A stretch of 64,000 bases of DNA from an uncultured Alphaproteobacteria bacterium (GTDB lineage Bacteria > Pseudomonadota > Alphaproteobacteria > UBA11222): positions 3,269 to 67,268 of the forward strand of contig CAMTVX010000044.1 of NCBI GenBank assembly GCA_947085295.1, given 5' to 3'. The position numbers and the translations under genes were made by a program. Positions 37,124-46,726 of the stretch are shown here, piece after piece; the stretch's first letter is position 1; each line of letters begins with the position of its first letter. The notes beneath the pieces are model-generated. The model made no database searches, was not told where the DNA came from, and saw only the letters and a program-made list of their open reading frames with translations.

Positions 37124-38701
37124 GTGCGCAGGCGCAGACCATTTTCATCGCTGACCCGGCAAATTCTGATCGTGAATGTTGTAGGGCTGGGGCTGTTTGT
37201 GGGCGGCGCGCTGTATCTCAATCAGTTTCGCAGCGGCTTGATTGAAACCCGTATTTCCTCATTGACAACGCAGGCTGAAATTATCGCCAGCGCCATCGCA
37301 TTTACTTCTGCGCGTGGTCTTGATGTAACCCAGATCAACCCGGCTATTGCGGCGCAAATTCTGAACCGTCTGGTTTTGCCGACACAGACCCGCGCCCGGC
37401 TGTTTCGTGATGATGGCCTGTTAATTGTGGATAGCCGACAGAAGATTTTACCTGAACCGGTGCGAAGTTTTGCTCTTGAAGAGCCCCGCATCAGTCAACA
37501 GATCGCAGACACGATCGAACGGCTTTATAACAGCGTGTACAAAAAACTGACCGCATGGCGACGCCCGCTTTATCGTGAAATCGAGGATACGCGAGGCAGT
37601 GAGTTTGTTGAAGTAACGCTGGCCCTGCAGGGATATCCTGCGAATACAGTGCGTGAAAACAGCATGGGCGAGCCGATTTTGAGCGTCGCTGTTCCGGTGC
37701 AGCGGTTCAAGATGGTATTGGGTGGCCTGATGCTGACTACTGAGGCGGGCGACATTGATGAAATTGTGCGCGCCGAACGGCGTTCCATTCTGGAAGTATT
37801 TCTGGTTGCGCTGTTGATCGGCGTGATCATGTCTGTGGTGATGGCGGGCACGATTGTACGCCCGATCCGGCAGCTTGCGGATGCCGCTGAAAATGTGCGC
37901 AACCGCAAGGGGGGGCGTTCCACCATTCCGGACTTCAGCAAACGCAATGATGAAATTGGTGATCTGTCGGCGGTGCTCGCGGACATGACGGCCGCACTTT
38001 ATGACCGCATCGACGCCAATGAACATTTTGCCGCCGATGTCGCGCATGAAATCAAAAATCCGTTGAGTTCGATCAGTAGTGCCGTCGAAAGCATGCCGCG
38101 CGCCAAGGATCAGGAAACCCGCGACAAACTGCTGGCCATCCTGCAGGATGATGTGCGCCGGATGGATCGCCTGATCAGTGATATTTCACAGGCGTCGCGG
38201 CTGGACGCGCAACTGTCGCGCGCGCCTGTTGAGCCGGTGGAGCTGGCCAGCCTGCTGGGCGCGCTGATCGAGATCTATTCAGAAACCCGTGACGACATCC
38301 CGAAAATTCGCCTTGAAATACCCTCCAGTGAAAAGTTTACAGTGCTGGGAGGTGAAGGACGCATCGGTCAGGTGATGCGCAATCTGCTCGAAAATGCCGC
38401 ATCATTCAGCCCGTCAGACGGCGTGATTACAGTAAGCCTGATGCGTCAGGCAAAAAATGTGCTGGTCCATATAGATGATGAGGGGCCAGGTATTCCCGAA
38501 GAAAATATTGAAACAATTTTTGAGCGTTTTTATACCGCGCGCCCACTGGGCGAGGCGTTCGGGCGTCATTCAGGACTTGGGCTTGGCATTTCACGCCAGA
38601 TTACCGAAGCCTATGGTGGTAGTCTGACGGCTGAAAACCGGCGGGATGCGAACGGAAATATTCTTGGTGCGCGATTTACCGTTAAGCTGCTGCTGCTGTG
38701 A
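37124..38701 (+). CDS. chvG: Sensor histidine kinase ChvG/ExoS
   Basis: FSSLTRQIL..N, YLNQFRSGLI, HAMP (RNDEIGDLS), FAADVAHEIKNPL, HSGLGLGIS. Start uncertain. Confidence 0.93.
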   Translation: MRRRRPFSSLTRQILIVNVVGLGLFVGGALYLNQFRSGLIETRISSLTTQAEIIASAIAFTSARGLDVTQINPAIAAQILNRLVLPTQTRARLFRDDGLLIVDSRQKILPEPVRSFALEEPRISQQIADTIERLYNSVYKKLTAWRRPLYREIEDTRGSEFVEVTLALQGYPANTVRENSMGEPILSVAVPVQRFKMVLGGLMLTTEAGDIDEIVRAERRSILEVFLVALLIGVIMSVVMAGTIVRPIRQLADAAENVRNRKGGRSTIPDFSKRNDEIGDLSAVLADMTAALYDRIDANEHFAADVAHEIKNPLSSISSAVESMPRAKDQETRDKLLAILQDDVRRMDRLISDISQASRLDAQLSRAPVEPVELASLLGALIEIYSETRDDIPKIRLEIPSSEKFTVLGGEGRIGQVMRNLLENAASFSPSDGVITVSLMRQAKNVLVHIDDEGPGIPEENIETIFERFYTARPLGEAFGRHSGLGLGISRQITEAYGGSLTAENRRDANGNILGARFTVKLLLL

Positions 38702-38706
38702 TTGCG

Positions 38707-39156
38707 CTATCGCGACAGCATCGCGCTTTGTAGCAATACGGTGGCGTCTGAGCGGCCTAAAACTTCATTGGTTACAGTCTGCATCTGGTTTTTAATCGCG
38801 ATCACATTCGCTGGCGTGCGGGCATCCTGAAAAGTCGCCGCCCATTTGCTGAGCGTTTCAACATAACCAGCGCTTAATTTTATGCGATTCTCGGCAACCG
38901 CCCGCATGGTTTCATCACTGGCGACATCGAGCACAAAATCCAGAAATATCGTGCCAGCCTTTTTGTTGTTTTTTATTACGGGAATATTCAATGGCGGTTG
39001 CGGAAAATAATCCGGTGCGATCGGCAGAATTTCTCCCTCGCCCTCTTTGCCATGCGATGCAGGTTCAGCGTGTGATATGGACGACAGGGGCATGACCATC
39101 AGGCAGATCAACACACAGGCTGCCAGGCGTCGCCTTAAATCTGGATGTTCACCCAT
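38707..39156 (-). CDS. Small secreted/periplasmic protein, FliL-like
   Basis: Signal peptide, His/Gly/Glu linker, PLNIPVIK, then helical region; resembles alphaproteobacterial FliL-like hypothetical proteins. Confidence 0.45.
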   Translation of the reverse strand: MGEHPDLRRRLAACVLICLMVMPLSSISHAEPASHGKEGEGEILPIAPDYFPQPPLNIPVIKNNKKAGTIFLDFVLDVASDETMRAVAENRIKLSAGYVETLSKWAATFQDARTPANVIAIKNQMQTVTNEVLGRSDATVLLQSAMLSR

Positions 39157-39283
39157 TTGCGTGGTCCCAAAATATGCAATGCGCAGTTGACGATGCCGGT
39201 GGTGGCTGTTACGGCGTTTACAAAATATAATGCGTAAGGGATAAACGAATGGTTATTCCTGAAAGCGCTGTTTTTACAGGTAT

Positions 39284-39313
39284 TTTCAGGGCCATTTCAG
39301 GGCCATTTCAGGG
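39284..39313 (+). repeat. 11-bp tandem repeat (TTTCAGGGCCA) x2.7 immediately before a start codon
   Basis: TTTCAGGGCCA TTTCAGGGCCA TTTCAGGG at 39284-39313; ATG at 39316. Confidence 0.9.
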
Positions 39314-39315
39314 GG

Positions 39316-40038
39316 ATGCGTATGCAAGCATATGTGGAACGGGACTTCCTGCCGCGCTGGCTGTGGCTGTTTGCCGCGCCTGCTGTTCTGCCCGTGCTGT
39401 ATCTTACGCGCTATGTTGATCTGGACTTCTATCTGCAATGGATGGAGGGCGAGCGCGGAATTATAGAAAACCTGGCCCCGCTGCTGTTGCTGCCAGCAAT
39501 TTTCTGTGGTGTTGCGCTTCTGCGCTATCGCCGGGTTTTTCCGCAGCCCTGGATCGCCGTCTGGTTTTTGCTGCATGGTCTGGGCGCATTTTATTTTGCC
39601 GGCGAAGAAATTAGCTGGGGTCAGCATTTTTTCGCATGGGAAACCCCCGAAGCAATCGGCGCTGTCAATGATCAGAATGAAACCAATCTGCATAATATGA
39701 GTAGCTGGCTGGACCAAAAGCCACGCGTTGCGCTTTGGCTGTGGGCGGTAACGGGTGGGTTTCTTGCGCCGCTGCTGATTGCCGCCGGGCTGCTGCAAAC
39801 CGGTGGGCCGGAAAATTGGCGCTATTGGATTTTGCCGCCGCGCGCCTGCATGGCGGTGGGGTTGTTGGTGGGGTGTGTACGCCTGCCTGAATATCTGTCT
39901 TTCCATATGGGAGTGCTGCCGCCATTTCCTTTCGATATCCGGGCAAGCGAATTGCAGGAACTTTTCTTAACCATGTTTTTGAGTTTTTACCTGGTATCAG
40001 TGTGGCGCAGGGCCGTCGCCATATCCGCTAAAATGTGA
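39316..40038 (+). CDS. Uncharacterised polytopic membrane protein with a GEEISWGQ...NxQxExNxHN motif
   Basis: About 6-7 hydrophobic segments; polar motif YFAGEEISWGQH..VNDQNETNLHN. Confidence 0.7.
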   Translation: MRMQAYVERDFLPRWLWLFAAPAVLPVLYLTRYVDLDFYLQWMEGERGIIENLAPLLLLPAIFCGVALLRYRRVFPQPWIAVWFLLHGLGAFYFAGEEISWGQHFFAWETPEAIGAVNDQNETNLHNMSSWLDQKPRVALWLWAVTGGFLAPLLIAAGLLQTGGPENWRYWILPPRACMAVGLLVGCVRLPEYLSFHMGVLPPFPFDIRASELQELFLTMFLSFYLVSVWRRAVAISAKM

Positions 40039-40082
40039 CGGATTAACTTGCCCGGACGGGTATGGATGATCATCTCTCAAAT

Positions 40083-40418
40083 ATGACAAATATTGGTAAT
40101 ATAGCCGTTTCCGGTATTCGCGCCGCAAGTGTACGCTTCGCGGCCCATGCCGAGAATATCGCCAACGCCAACAGTGCGGGCTATACCGCATTGCGACCGG
40201 AGCAGATTTCCACAGCGGCGGGGCCGGTTGTGCGTGTCACCAGGGCGGACAAAGCCCGTCCCGATGGGCAGCAGAACGAAGATGCAACGCCGTCAGACGT
40301 TGATCTGGCCAGCGAATTTACGCGCCTTATCGCAGTCAAATATGATTATAAAGCCGCAGTGAAGCTGCTGCGCACCGAGCAGGAGATAAGCGGCGCGCTG
40401 CTGGATATTCTGGCCTGA
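40083..40418 (+). CDS. Short flagellar basal-body rod/hook-like protein (FlgC-like N- and C-terminal motifs)
   Basis: IAVSGIRAA..R...AENIANANSAGY; C-terminal SDVDLASEFTRLI..Y.AAVKLL.T..EI..ALLDILA. Confidence 0.8.
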   Translation: MTNIGNIAVSGIRAASVRFAAHAENIANANSAGYTALRPEQISTAAGPVVRVTRADKARPDGQQNEDATPSDVDLASEFTRLIAVKYDYKAAVKLLRTEQEISGALLDILA

Positions 40419-40425
40419 TAGTGGT

Positions 40426-41061
40426 TTATTTCTGAAACTCGCGCAGTTTGGCGGCGATCTGTTCGACGCCGGTGCCAAATCCGAAATGCGCCAGAAACCT
40501 GCCATCCCGGCCCATCACATAGATAATGTTGGAATGATCCATCAGATAGTTATCTGATGCTTTTTCCGCATCAACCTTGTTGAAATAAACGCGGTATGCT
40601 TTGGCGGCGGCGGCGATCTCGTCTGTCGTTCCGGTCAGGGCGGTCGCATTCGGGTGGAAGTTCGTCATGTAATCGCCCAGCGCCGCAACCGTATCGCGCG
40701 CCGGATCAATGGTGATGAACAGTATCTGAATATCCTTGATTTTAGCCGGATCGCCAGCGGCCAGCAGATCCAGCGCCGCACCCATATTCTGCAATTCGGC
40801 CGGGCACACATCCGGGCAGGACGCATAGCCGAAATAAACCAGTGTCAGGTGGCCGGTCAGCGCCGCTTCTGTGACACGGTTGCCGCGATGATCCGATAAT
40901 GCAAACGGGCCGCCGATTGTTGCTGTGCCGCTCTGGCGTACCGGGGTGCTTGCTGATTCGAATGCAGGCGCAGACAAATGCCGCCACCAGGTGCCCGCAA
41001 GCACCAGTAACGCCAGACCAATAATCACAAAAATCGATATGCGAAGGGTGGATGCAGACAT
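40426..41061 (-). CDS. SCO1/SenC copper chaperone
   Basis: IGGPFALSDH, YFGYASCPDVCP (CxxxC), ITIDPARD, YLMDHS. Confidence 0.95.
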   Translation of the reverse strand: MSASTLRISIFVIIGLALLVLAGTWWRHLSAPAFESASTPVRQSGTATIGGPFALSDHRGNRVTEAALTGHLTLVYFGYASCPDVCPAELQNMGAALDLLAAGDPAKIKDIQILFITIDPARDTVAALGDYMTNFHPNATALTGTTDEIAAAAKAYRVYFNKVDAEKASDNYLMDHSNIIYVMGRDGRFLAHFGFGTGVEQIAAKLREFQK

Positions 41062-41112
41062 GTATCCCTTATATACTAGCCGAAAAGGAAAGTGAATGTG
41101 GGGAATCAGAAG

Positions 41113-41751
41113 ATGGGACATATGGCTGTAGGCAAATTAGCGCTGCTGACCGCCATGCTCGTTTGCTTCGCTGGCGGCGTTTTTGCACAGGCGACAAATC
41201 ATCGGGACGAGGCGACTGAAAAGCGTAACTATGGTGATCCATTGCCGGGTGATTCAGGCGAGGCGGCGCCAGAGCGCATGACGATTATCGAGGCCGCGCA
41301 GTCCGGCGGCGTGGCCGAGGCGAGGGGCGCTTTTCTGCTGGGTGAAAGCGTGAACAGCCGTACGCTGCGCGGGGCGCCTGCACTTCTGATCGCGGCCCAG
41401 TCCGGCAACATTTCTGTAATGCGCTTTTTGCTGGAAAAAGGGGCTAATCCGGATCTGTTTGAAAAATCCACCGGGAAAACAGCGCTGATCGCGGCGGCCC
41501 AGGCTGGTGAGAGTAGTATGGTTCGCATGCTGCTGGAGCATAAGGCCAACCCCAACCATCAGGATCGGCAGGGTGAATCCGCCCTGATAAAAGCCGCGCG
41601 TCTGGGTGCGGTTGATGTCGTGCGGTCTTTGCTTGGGGCTGATCTTGATGTAAATGCGACCGATTATGCAGGGCAGACCGCCCTGTGGTATGCCCGGGAT
41701 GCGCGCCATGAAAGGGTCGCCCAAATGATTGAGGAGGCAGGCGGTAACTAG
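41113..41751 (+). CDS. Secreted ankyrin-repeat protein
   Basis: Signal peptide; repeats G.PALLIAAQ.G, GKTALIAAAQ.G, GESALIKAARLG, GQTALWYA. Confidence 0.88.
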   Translation: MGHMAVGKLALLTAMLVCFAGGVFAQATNHRDEATEKRNYGDPLPGDSGEAAPERMTIIEAAQSGGVAEARGAFLLGESVNSRTLRGAPALLIAAQSGNISVMRFLLEKGANPDLFEKSTGKTALIAAAQAGESSMVRMLLEHKANPNHQDRQGESALIKAARLGAVDVVRSLLGADLDVNATDYAGQTALWYARDARHERVAQMIEEAGGN

Positions 41752-41798
41752 CCATGGCGCCTGTGGGTAAGAAGGCTCTTTCTAAAAATCTACCCGGA

Positions 41799-42284
41799 TT
41801 ATTTCCGTCGGCGGCGTTTTTTTTTGGCATTTTTATCCATCAACGCTTCTATTCCGGGTGATGTCTGGCCGCTACCAATTGCCAGCCGTATGATATTCCA
41901 GCCTGCCTCATACGCATATCTGGCATCGAACCCCAGCGTTTGAATAAGCTGTAGCCCCATTCCCCCCACCTGATCCGGGGGAATGTCTCTGGCTATGGTT
42001 GGTTCTGCATGGATCGGGTCAAACGGGGGGGCCTGATCCCGGTAATCCAGCATGATCAGCGCGTCACGATAGCCAAGTGAAATGTGCACCGGGCGGTTGC
42101 TTTCCTCACAATATCCGTGCTTTATCGTGTTTGTGAACAGCTCTTCTATCACGAGAACAAGTCGCAGGATCTGCACTTCTGTCAGCCCGGCATTGCGCGC
42201 CCAGCCTTCGGCATGCGCACAGGCATCGCTGCTGGCGGCATTTGTGGCAACAAAGGTGGCGTTGCTCTCGTGGATCAGGGGCAT
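41799..42284 (-). CDS. RsbW-like anti-sigma factor / Ser kinase (HATPase_c_2)
   Basis: LVIEELFTNTIKHGY N-box, DQAPPFDP, GGMGLQLI G-box. Confidence 0.85.
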   Translation of the reverse strand: MPLIHESNATFVATNAASSDACAHAEGWARNAGLTEVQILRLVLVIEELFTNTIKHGYCEESNRPVHISLGYRDALIMLDYRDQAPPFDPIHAEPTIARDIPPDQVGGMGLQLIQTLGFDARYAYEAGWNIIRLAIGSGQTSPGIEALMDKNAKKKRRRRK

Positions 42285-42313
42285 GTGACAGACAATAAAG
42301 AGGAATCATTTGG

Positions 42314-42790
42314 ATGAAGCCGATCATAACCGTTTCATTAAAAAGCGTCACCTTCTGTCTCGGGGCAGCTTTGCTGGCCGTAGCACTAGGCGGCGCGCCA
42401 TCAGCGCTGGCCGCAGACTCGATAGGGCTTGTCAAAACCAGTTCAGGCGCCGTGAGCATTAATCGCGACGGCCAGAAAGTTGACGCTGCTGCCGGCGCAA
42501 AACTGTATCAGTCCGATCAGGTTGTTACGGGCAATGACGGCGCTGTTGGCATGACCTTCATCGATAATAGCCGCCTGTCACTGGGGGCCAATAGTGCGCT
42601 GGCGCTGGAAAGGTTCCGCTTCAACACCACCACGCATGAAGGTGAGTTCATCAGTTCCGTGCAAAAGGGAACGCTGGCCGCCGTATCTGGCAAAATCGCC
42701 AAGCAGACGCCAGAGGCCATGAAGGTACGTACACCCTCGGCAATTCTGGGGGTGCGTGGCACCAAATTCCTGGTTTCGGTGGAGAAATAA
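42314..42790 (+). CDS. Secreted stand-alone FecR-domain protein
   Basis: Signal peptide; IGLVKTSSG, LYQSDQVVTG, FIDNSRLSLGANS, VRTPSAILGVRGT. Confidence 0.88.
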   Translation: MKPIITVSLKSVTFCLGAALLAVALGGAPSALAADSIGLVKTSSGAVSINRDGQKVDAAAGAKLYQSDQVVTGNDGAVGMTFIDNSRLSLGANSALALERFRFNTTTHEGEFISSVQKGTLAAVSGKIAKQTPEAMKVRTPSAILGVRGTKFLVSVEK

Positions 42791-42794
42791 GAAA

Positions 42795-43376
42795 ATGACG
42801 CTGAAAAACTTTTTATATACGGGTGCGCTGGCTGTCACACTATCCGGCTGTGCGGGCGATATGTTTGTTGTATTGCCCCATGAAGATGGCAGCGTCGGGT
42901 CCGTGGTCGTGCACCAGAATGGCAAGGACACCGTGCTGGACAAGGCCAATAGCGCCGTGAAAGCAGGCGACAGCAAAACCTTCACACTTGCCAGCAAGGA
43001 TATTGAGCAGCGTTTTGGCAGGGCGCTTACCGGCCTGCCGCCCGCTGCACGCAGCTACACCCTGTATTTCAAGGAAGGCACGGTTACGCTTGAGGACGGA
43101 TCGGCGCCGGTGATGGAAGAAATGCGTAAGGATGTGGCCTCACGCAAAGCAGGTGAAATCATGGTCATTGGCCACACGGACCGGGTTGGCACACTCACCA
43201 ATAATGACCTGCTGGCCTATGGGCGCGCGGTGGCCGTTAGCGATCTTTTGATTGCGGGCGGCATAAATCGCGACACGGTGATTATTGCGGGCCGTGGAGA
43301 ACGCGAACCCATAGTGGCAACCGATGATGAAGTCGAAGAACCACGCAATCGCCGGGTCGAAATCAGCGTCCGGTAA
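42795..43376 (+). CDS. OmpA-family lipoprotein
   Basis: Lipobox LSGC; LYFKEG, VIGHTDRVG, NDLLAYGRA, GRGEREP, NRRVEI. Confidence 0.9.
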   Translation: MTLKNFLYTGALAVTLSGCAGDMFVVLPHEDGSVGSVVVHQNGKDTVLDKANSAVKAGDSKTFTLASKDIEQRFGRALTGLPPAARSYTLYFKEGTVTLEDGSAPVMEEMRKDVASRKAGEIMVIGHTDRVGTLTNNDLLAYGRAVAVSDLLIAGGINRDTVIIAGRGEREPIVATDDEVEEPRNRRVEISVR

Positions 43377-43403
43377 AACATTTCAGGAATAAAACAACAC
43401 ATT

Positions 43404-46238
43404 ATGTCTGACACCAAAGACGAAAAAACTTCGGGCTATAAAGACACCATCTTTCTGCCGCAAACCGATTTTCCCATGCGCGCGGGCCTGCCGCAACGCG
43501 AACCCGAATGGCTGGCGCGCTGGCAGGCGATGGATCTGCATGGACGGCTGCGCAGCGATGCAAAGGGCCGCGAGAAATTCATTCTGCATGATGGCCCGCC
43601 CTATGCGAACGGCCATCTGCATATGGGTCATGCGCTGAATAAAATTCTGAAAGACATCATCAATCGTTCACGCCAGATGATGGGGTATGACGCATTTTAT
43701 GTACCGGGCTGGGACTGTCATGGCCTGCCGATCGAATGGATGATCGAGGAAAAATACCGCAAGGCCGGCAAGAACAAGGACGAAGTGCCGCTGGTTGAAT
43801 TCCGCAAGGAATGCCGCGAGTTTGCAGCAGGCTGGATTGACGTGCAGCGCGCGGAATTCAAGCGCCTGGGCGTGCTGGGCGACTGGGATCATCCGTACAC
43901 CACCATGGCCTATGATTCCGAGGCGCAGATCGTGCGCGAGTTTATCAAATTCGTGATGAATGGCGGGCTGTATCGCGGTTCCAAACCGGTGCTGTGGTCG
44001 GTGGTCGAAAAAACCGCGCTGGCCGAAGCCGAGGTCGAATATCACGATCATGTGTCGAACACGATCTGGGTGAAGTTTCCGGTTGTTACGGCCCCCCACG
44101 AGGTGAAAGGGGAAGAGGCGTGGCATAACACCAGTGTAGTCATCTGGACCACCACGCCGTGGACGATTCCCGCAAATCGCGCCATCGCGTTTTCATCGCG
44201 TATTTCCTATGGGCTGTATCAGATCAACGGCGGTGAAAAACTGGTGCTGGCTGATGCGCTGGCCGAACAGGTTAAGGCAGATGCTAAAATCGAAGCCTGG
44301 CAGCGCCTGGGCGATGTTCCTGCGGACGCGCTTTCGCAGATTGTTTGCGCGCATCCATTGCGTGGCCAGGGCTTTGAGGTTGACGTGCGGTTATACCCCG
44401 CTGATTTCGTTACTGATGATACCGGCACCGGCTTTGTGCATATTGCGCCCAGTCATGGTACGGACGATTTTGAACTGGGTGTGAAACACGGCATTGACGC
44501 GCCGTTTATGCTGGATGCGGCGGGCGTCTATCTGCCCAATGTGCCGCTGTTTGCGGGCAAGCGCGTGCTGAAGCCCGATGGCAAACAGGGCGATGCGGAC
44601 GCCGCCGTCATGGGGGCGCTGCGTGATGCGGGGCGGCTGCTGGCCAATGGAAAATTAAGTCATCAATATCCGCATAGCTGGCGCTCCAAAGCGCCGCTGA
44701 TTTTGCGCAATACGCCGCAATGGTTCATTTCGATGACCACCAATGATCTGCGCAAAAAGGCGCTGGCCGCGATTGATCAGGTGCAATGGATCCCGGAATC
44801 GGGGCGTGCGCGTATTCGTTCCATGATCGAGACGCGCCCGGATTGGGTGGTGTCGCGCCAGCGCGCCTGGGGGGTGCCGCTAACCTGTTTTGTGCATAAA
44901 CATACGGGCGCCCTGTTGCGCGATGACGCGGTCAATGCGCGCATTATTGCAGCCGTGGAAAAAGATGGCTGTGACGTGTGGTTCACCCAGCCTGCGGAAA
45001 CTTTTCTGGCCCCGGAATATCGCAGCGAGGACTATGAAATGGTGCGCGATATTCTGGATGTGTGGTTCGATAGCGGTTCCACGCACGCCTTTGTGCTGGA
45101 AAGCCGCCCGGAACTGCAATCGCCCGCTGATCTCTATCTGGAAGGCACCGATCAGCATCGCGGCTGGTTTCATTCGTCCTTGCTGGAAAGCTGCGGCACC
45201 CGTGGCGTTGCGCCCTATAAGGCGGTGCTGACGCATGGCTTTCTGCTGGCCGAGGATGGCCGCAAAATGTCCAAGTCGCTGGGCAATGATCTTTCGCCGA
45301 TCAAGGTCAGCGATCAAAGCGGCGCGGAAATTCTGCGGCTGTGGGCGGCCAGCTCGGATTACGCGAACGAAATCCGATTTGGTCAGGAAGTTCTGAAAAC
45401 CAACACCGACGCTTATCGCAAGCTGCGCAACACGCTGCGCTTTATGCTGGGTACGTTAACGGCATTTGACGCGACGGCAACGGTGCCGGTGGCGCAAATG
45501 CCGGAACTGGAACGCTGGGTGCTGCACCGGCTGCATGAACTGGATGCGCTGGTGCGTCAGGCCTATGTGGATTACGATTTTGCGCGTCTGCATACGGCGG
45601 TGTTTAATTTTTGCGCATCGGATTTGTCGGCGCTGTATTTCGACATTCGCAAGGATGCGCTGTATTGCGATGCGCCGGACAGTTTGCGCCGCCGTGCCTG
45701 TCTGACAGTGATTGATCAGGCGTTTATGTGCCTGACCGCCTGGCTGGCCCCGATCCTGTGTTTCACCATGGAAGAAGCCTGGACCAGCCGGTTTCCCGGT
45801 GACACGCACAGTGTGCATCTGCGCCAGTTTCCGAATATTCCGGCGCAATGGCATGATGCGGCTCTGGCGGAAAAATGGACAAAGGTGCGCGCGCTGCGCC
45901 ATGTGGTGACCGGGGCGCTGGAACTGGAACGGCGCGAAAAGCGAATCGGCGCCAGCCTTGAAGCCGCGCCGCAAATCCATGTCAGCGACAAGGCCGTTCT
46001 GGACGCCATGCGCGGGCTGGATATCAACGAAATCGCCATCACCTCCGGCGCGGTGCTCATAGACGGGGCGATCCCATCGGGCGCCTTCACGCTGGTCGAA
46101 GTGGCGGGTGTGGGCGTCGTGAACGCCCTGGCGCAGGGCGATAAATGCCAGCGCTGCTGGATGATCCTGCCTGAAGTCGGCACGGTGACGGGTCACACGG
46201 ATGTGTGCCGACGCTGTGCGGACGCGATCGCTGTATGA
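43404..46238 (+). CDS. ileS: Isoleucyl-tRNA synthetase (type 1)
   Basis: LHDGPPYANGHLHMGH, PGWDCHGLPIE, WTTTPWT, KMSKSLGN, C-terminal CQRCW zinc site. Confidence 0.99.
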   Translation: MSDTKDEKTSGYKDTIFLPQTDFPMRAGLPQREPEWLARWQAMDLHGRLRSDAKGREKFILHDGPPYANGHLHMGHALNKILKDIINRSRQMMGYDAFYVPGWDCHGLPIEWMIEEKYRKAGKNKDEVPLVEFRKECREFAAGWIDVQRAEFKRLGVLGDWDHPYTTMAYDSEAQIVREFIKFVMNGGLYRGSKPVLWSVVEKTALAEAEVEYHDHVSNTIWVKFPVVTAPHEVKGEEAWHNTSVVIWTTTPWTIPANRAIAFSSRISYGLYQINGGEKLVLADALAEQVKADAKIEAWQRLGDVPADALSQIVCAHPLRGQGFEVDVRLYPADFVTDDTGTGFVHIAPSHGTDDFELGVKHGIDAPFMLDAAGVYLPNVPLFAGKRVLKPDGKQGDADAAVMGALRDAGRLLANGKLSHQYPHSWRSKAPLILRNTPQWFISMTTNDLRKKALAAIDQVQWIPESGRARIRSMIETRPDWVVSRQRAWGVPLTCFVHKHTGALLRDDAVNARIIAAVEKDGCDVWFTQPAETFLAPEYRSEDYEMVRDILDVWFDSGSTHAFVLESRPELQSPADLYLEGTDQHRGWFHSSLLESCGTRGVAPYKAVLTHGFLLAEDGRKMSKSLGNDLSPIKVSDQSGAEILRLWAASSDYANEIRFGQEVLKTNTDAYRKLRNTLRFMLGTLTAFDATATVPVAQMPELERWVLHRLHELDALVRQAYVDYDFARLHTAVFNFCASDLSALYFDIRKDALYCDAPDSLRRRACLTVIDQAFMCLTAWLAPILCFTMEEAWTSRFPGDTHSVHLRQFPNIPAQWHDAALAEKWTKVRALRHVVTGALELERREKRIGASLEAAPQIHVSDKAVLDAMRGLDINEIAITSGAVLIDGAIPSGAFTLVEVAGVGVVNALAQGDKCQRCWMILPEVGTVTGHTDVCRRCADAIAV

Positions 46239-46726
46239 AACCTTCTGTCAGGCTGGGCCTGTGGGTGGCCCTGGGAATTGGGGTCGCTGACTGGTTGAGC
46301 AAATACTATATTCTGTACGTGCTTAATCTGCCGACGCGGCAAAATATCCAAATTTTGCCATTTTTCGACCTTACTATGGTATGGAACCGGGGCGTCAGCT
46401 TCGGCATGTTACAGGCGGACAGTCCGTATGGGCGGATGGCGCTGATTGGGTTTACGCTGGCCATCAGCGTCTCTGTACTGGTGTGGTTATGGCGCAATGA
46501 TGATATACTCAGTGCCATTGCCCTGGGTGGAATACTTGGCGGGGCGCTTGGAAATATTTATGACCGGCTAATGTATGGCGCAGTTGTGGATTTTTTCGAC
46601 TTTCACATGATGGGCATTCATTGGTATGTATTCAACGTCGCCGACGCGGGAATCAGTGTCGGCGTCACCCTGCTTCTGATCCGAACTTTCTGGATCGGGG
46701 ACGCGGTCAACAAGGCGGATAAATGA
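46235..46726 (+). CDS. lspA: Lipoprotein signal peptidase
   Basis: ADWLSK, VWNRGVSFG, GGALGNIYDR, VVDF, FNVADAGI. Confidence 0.96.
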   Translation: MKPSVRLGLWVALGIGVADWLSKYYILYVLNLPTRQNIQILPFFDLTMVWNRGVSFGMLQADSPYGRMALIGFTLAISVSVLVWLWRNDDILSAIALGGILGGALGNIYDRLMYGAVVDFFDFHMMGIHWYVFNVADAGISVGVTLLLIRTFWIGDAVNKADK

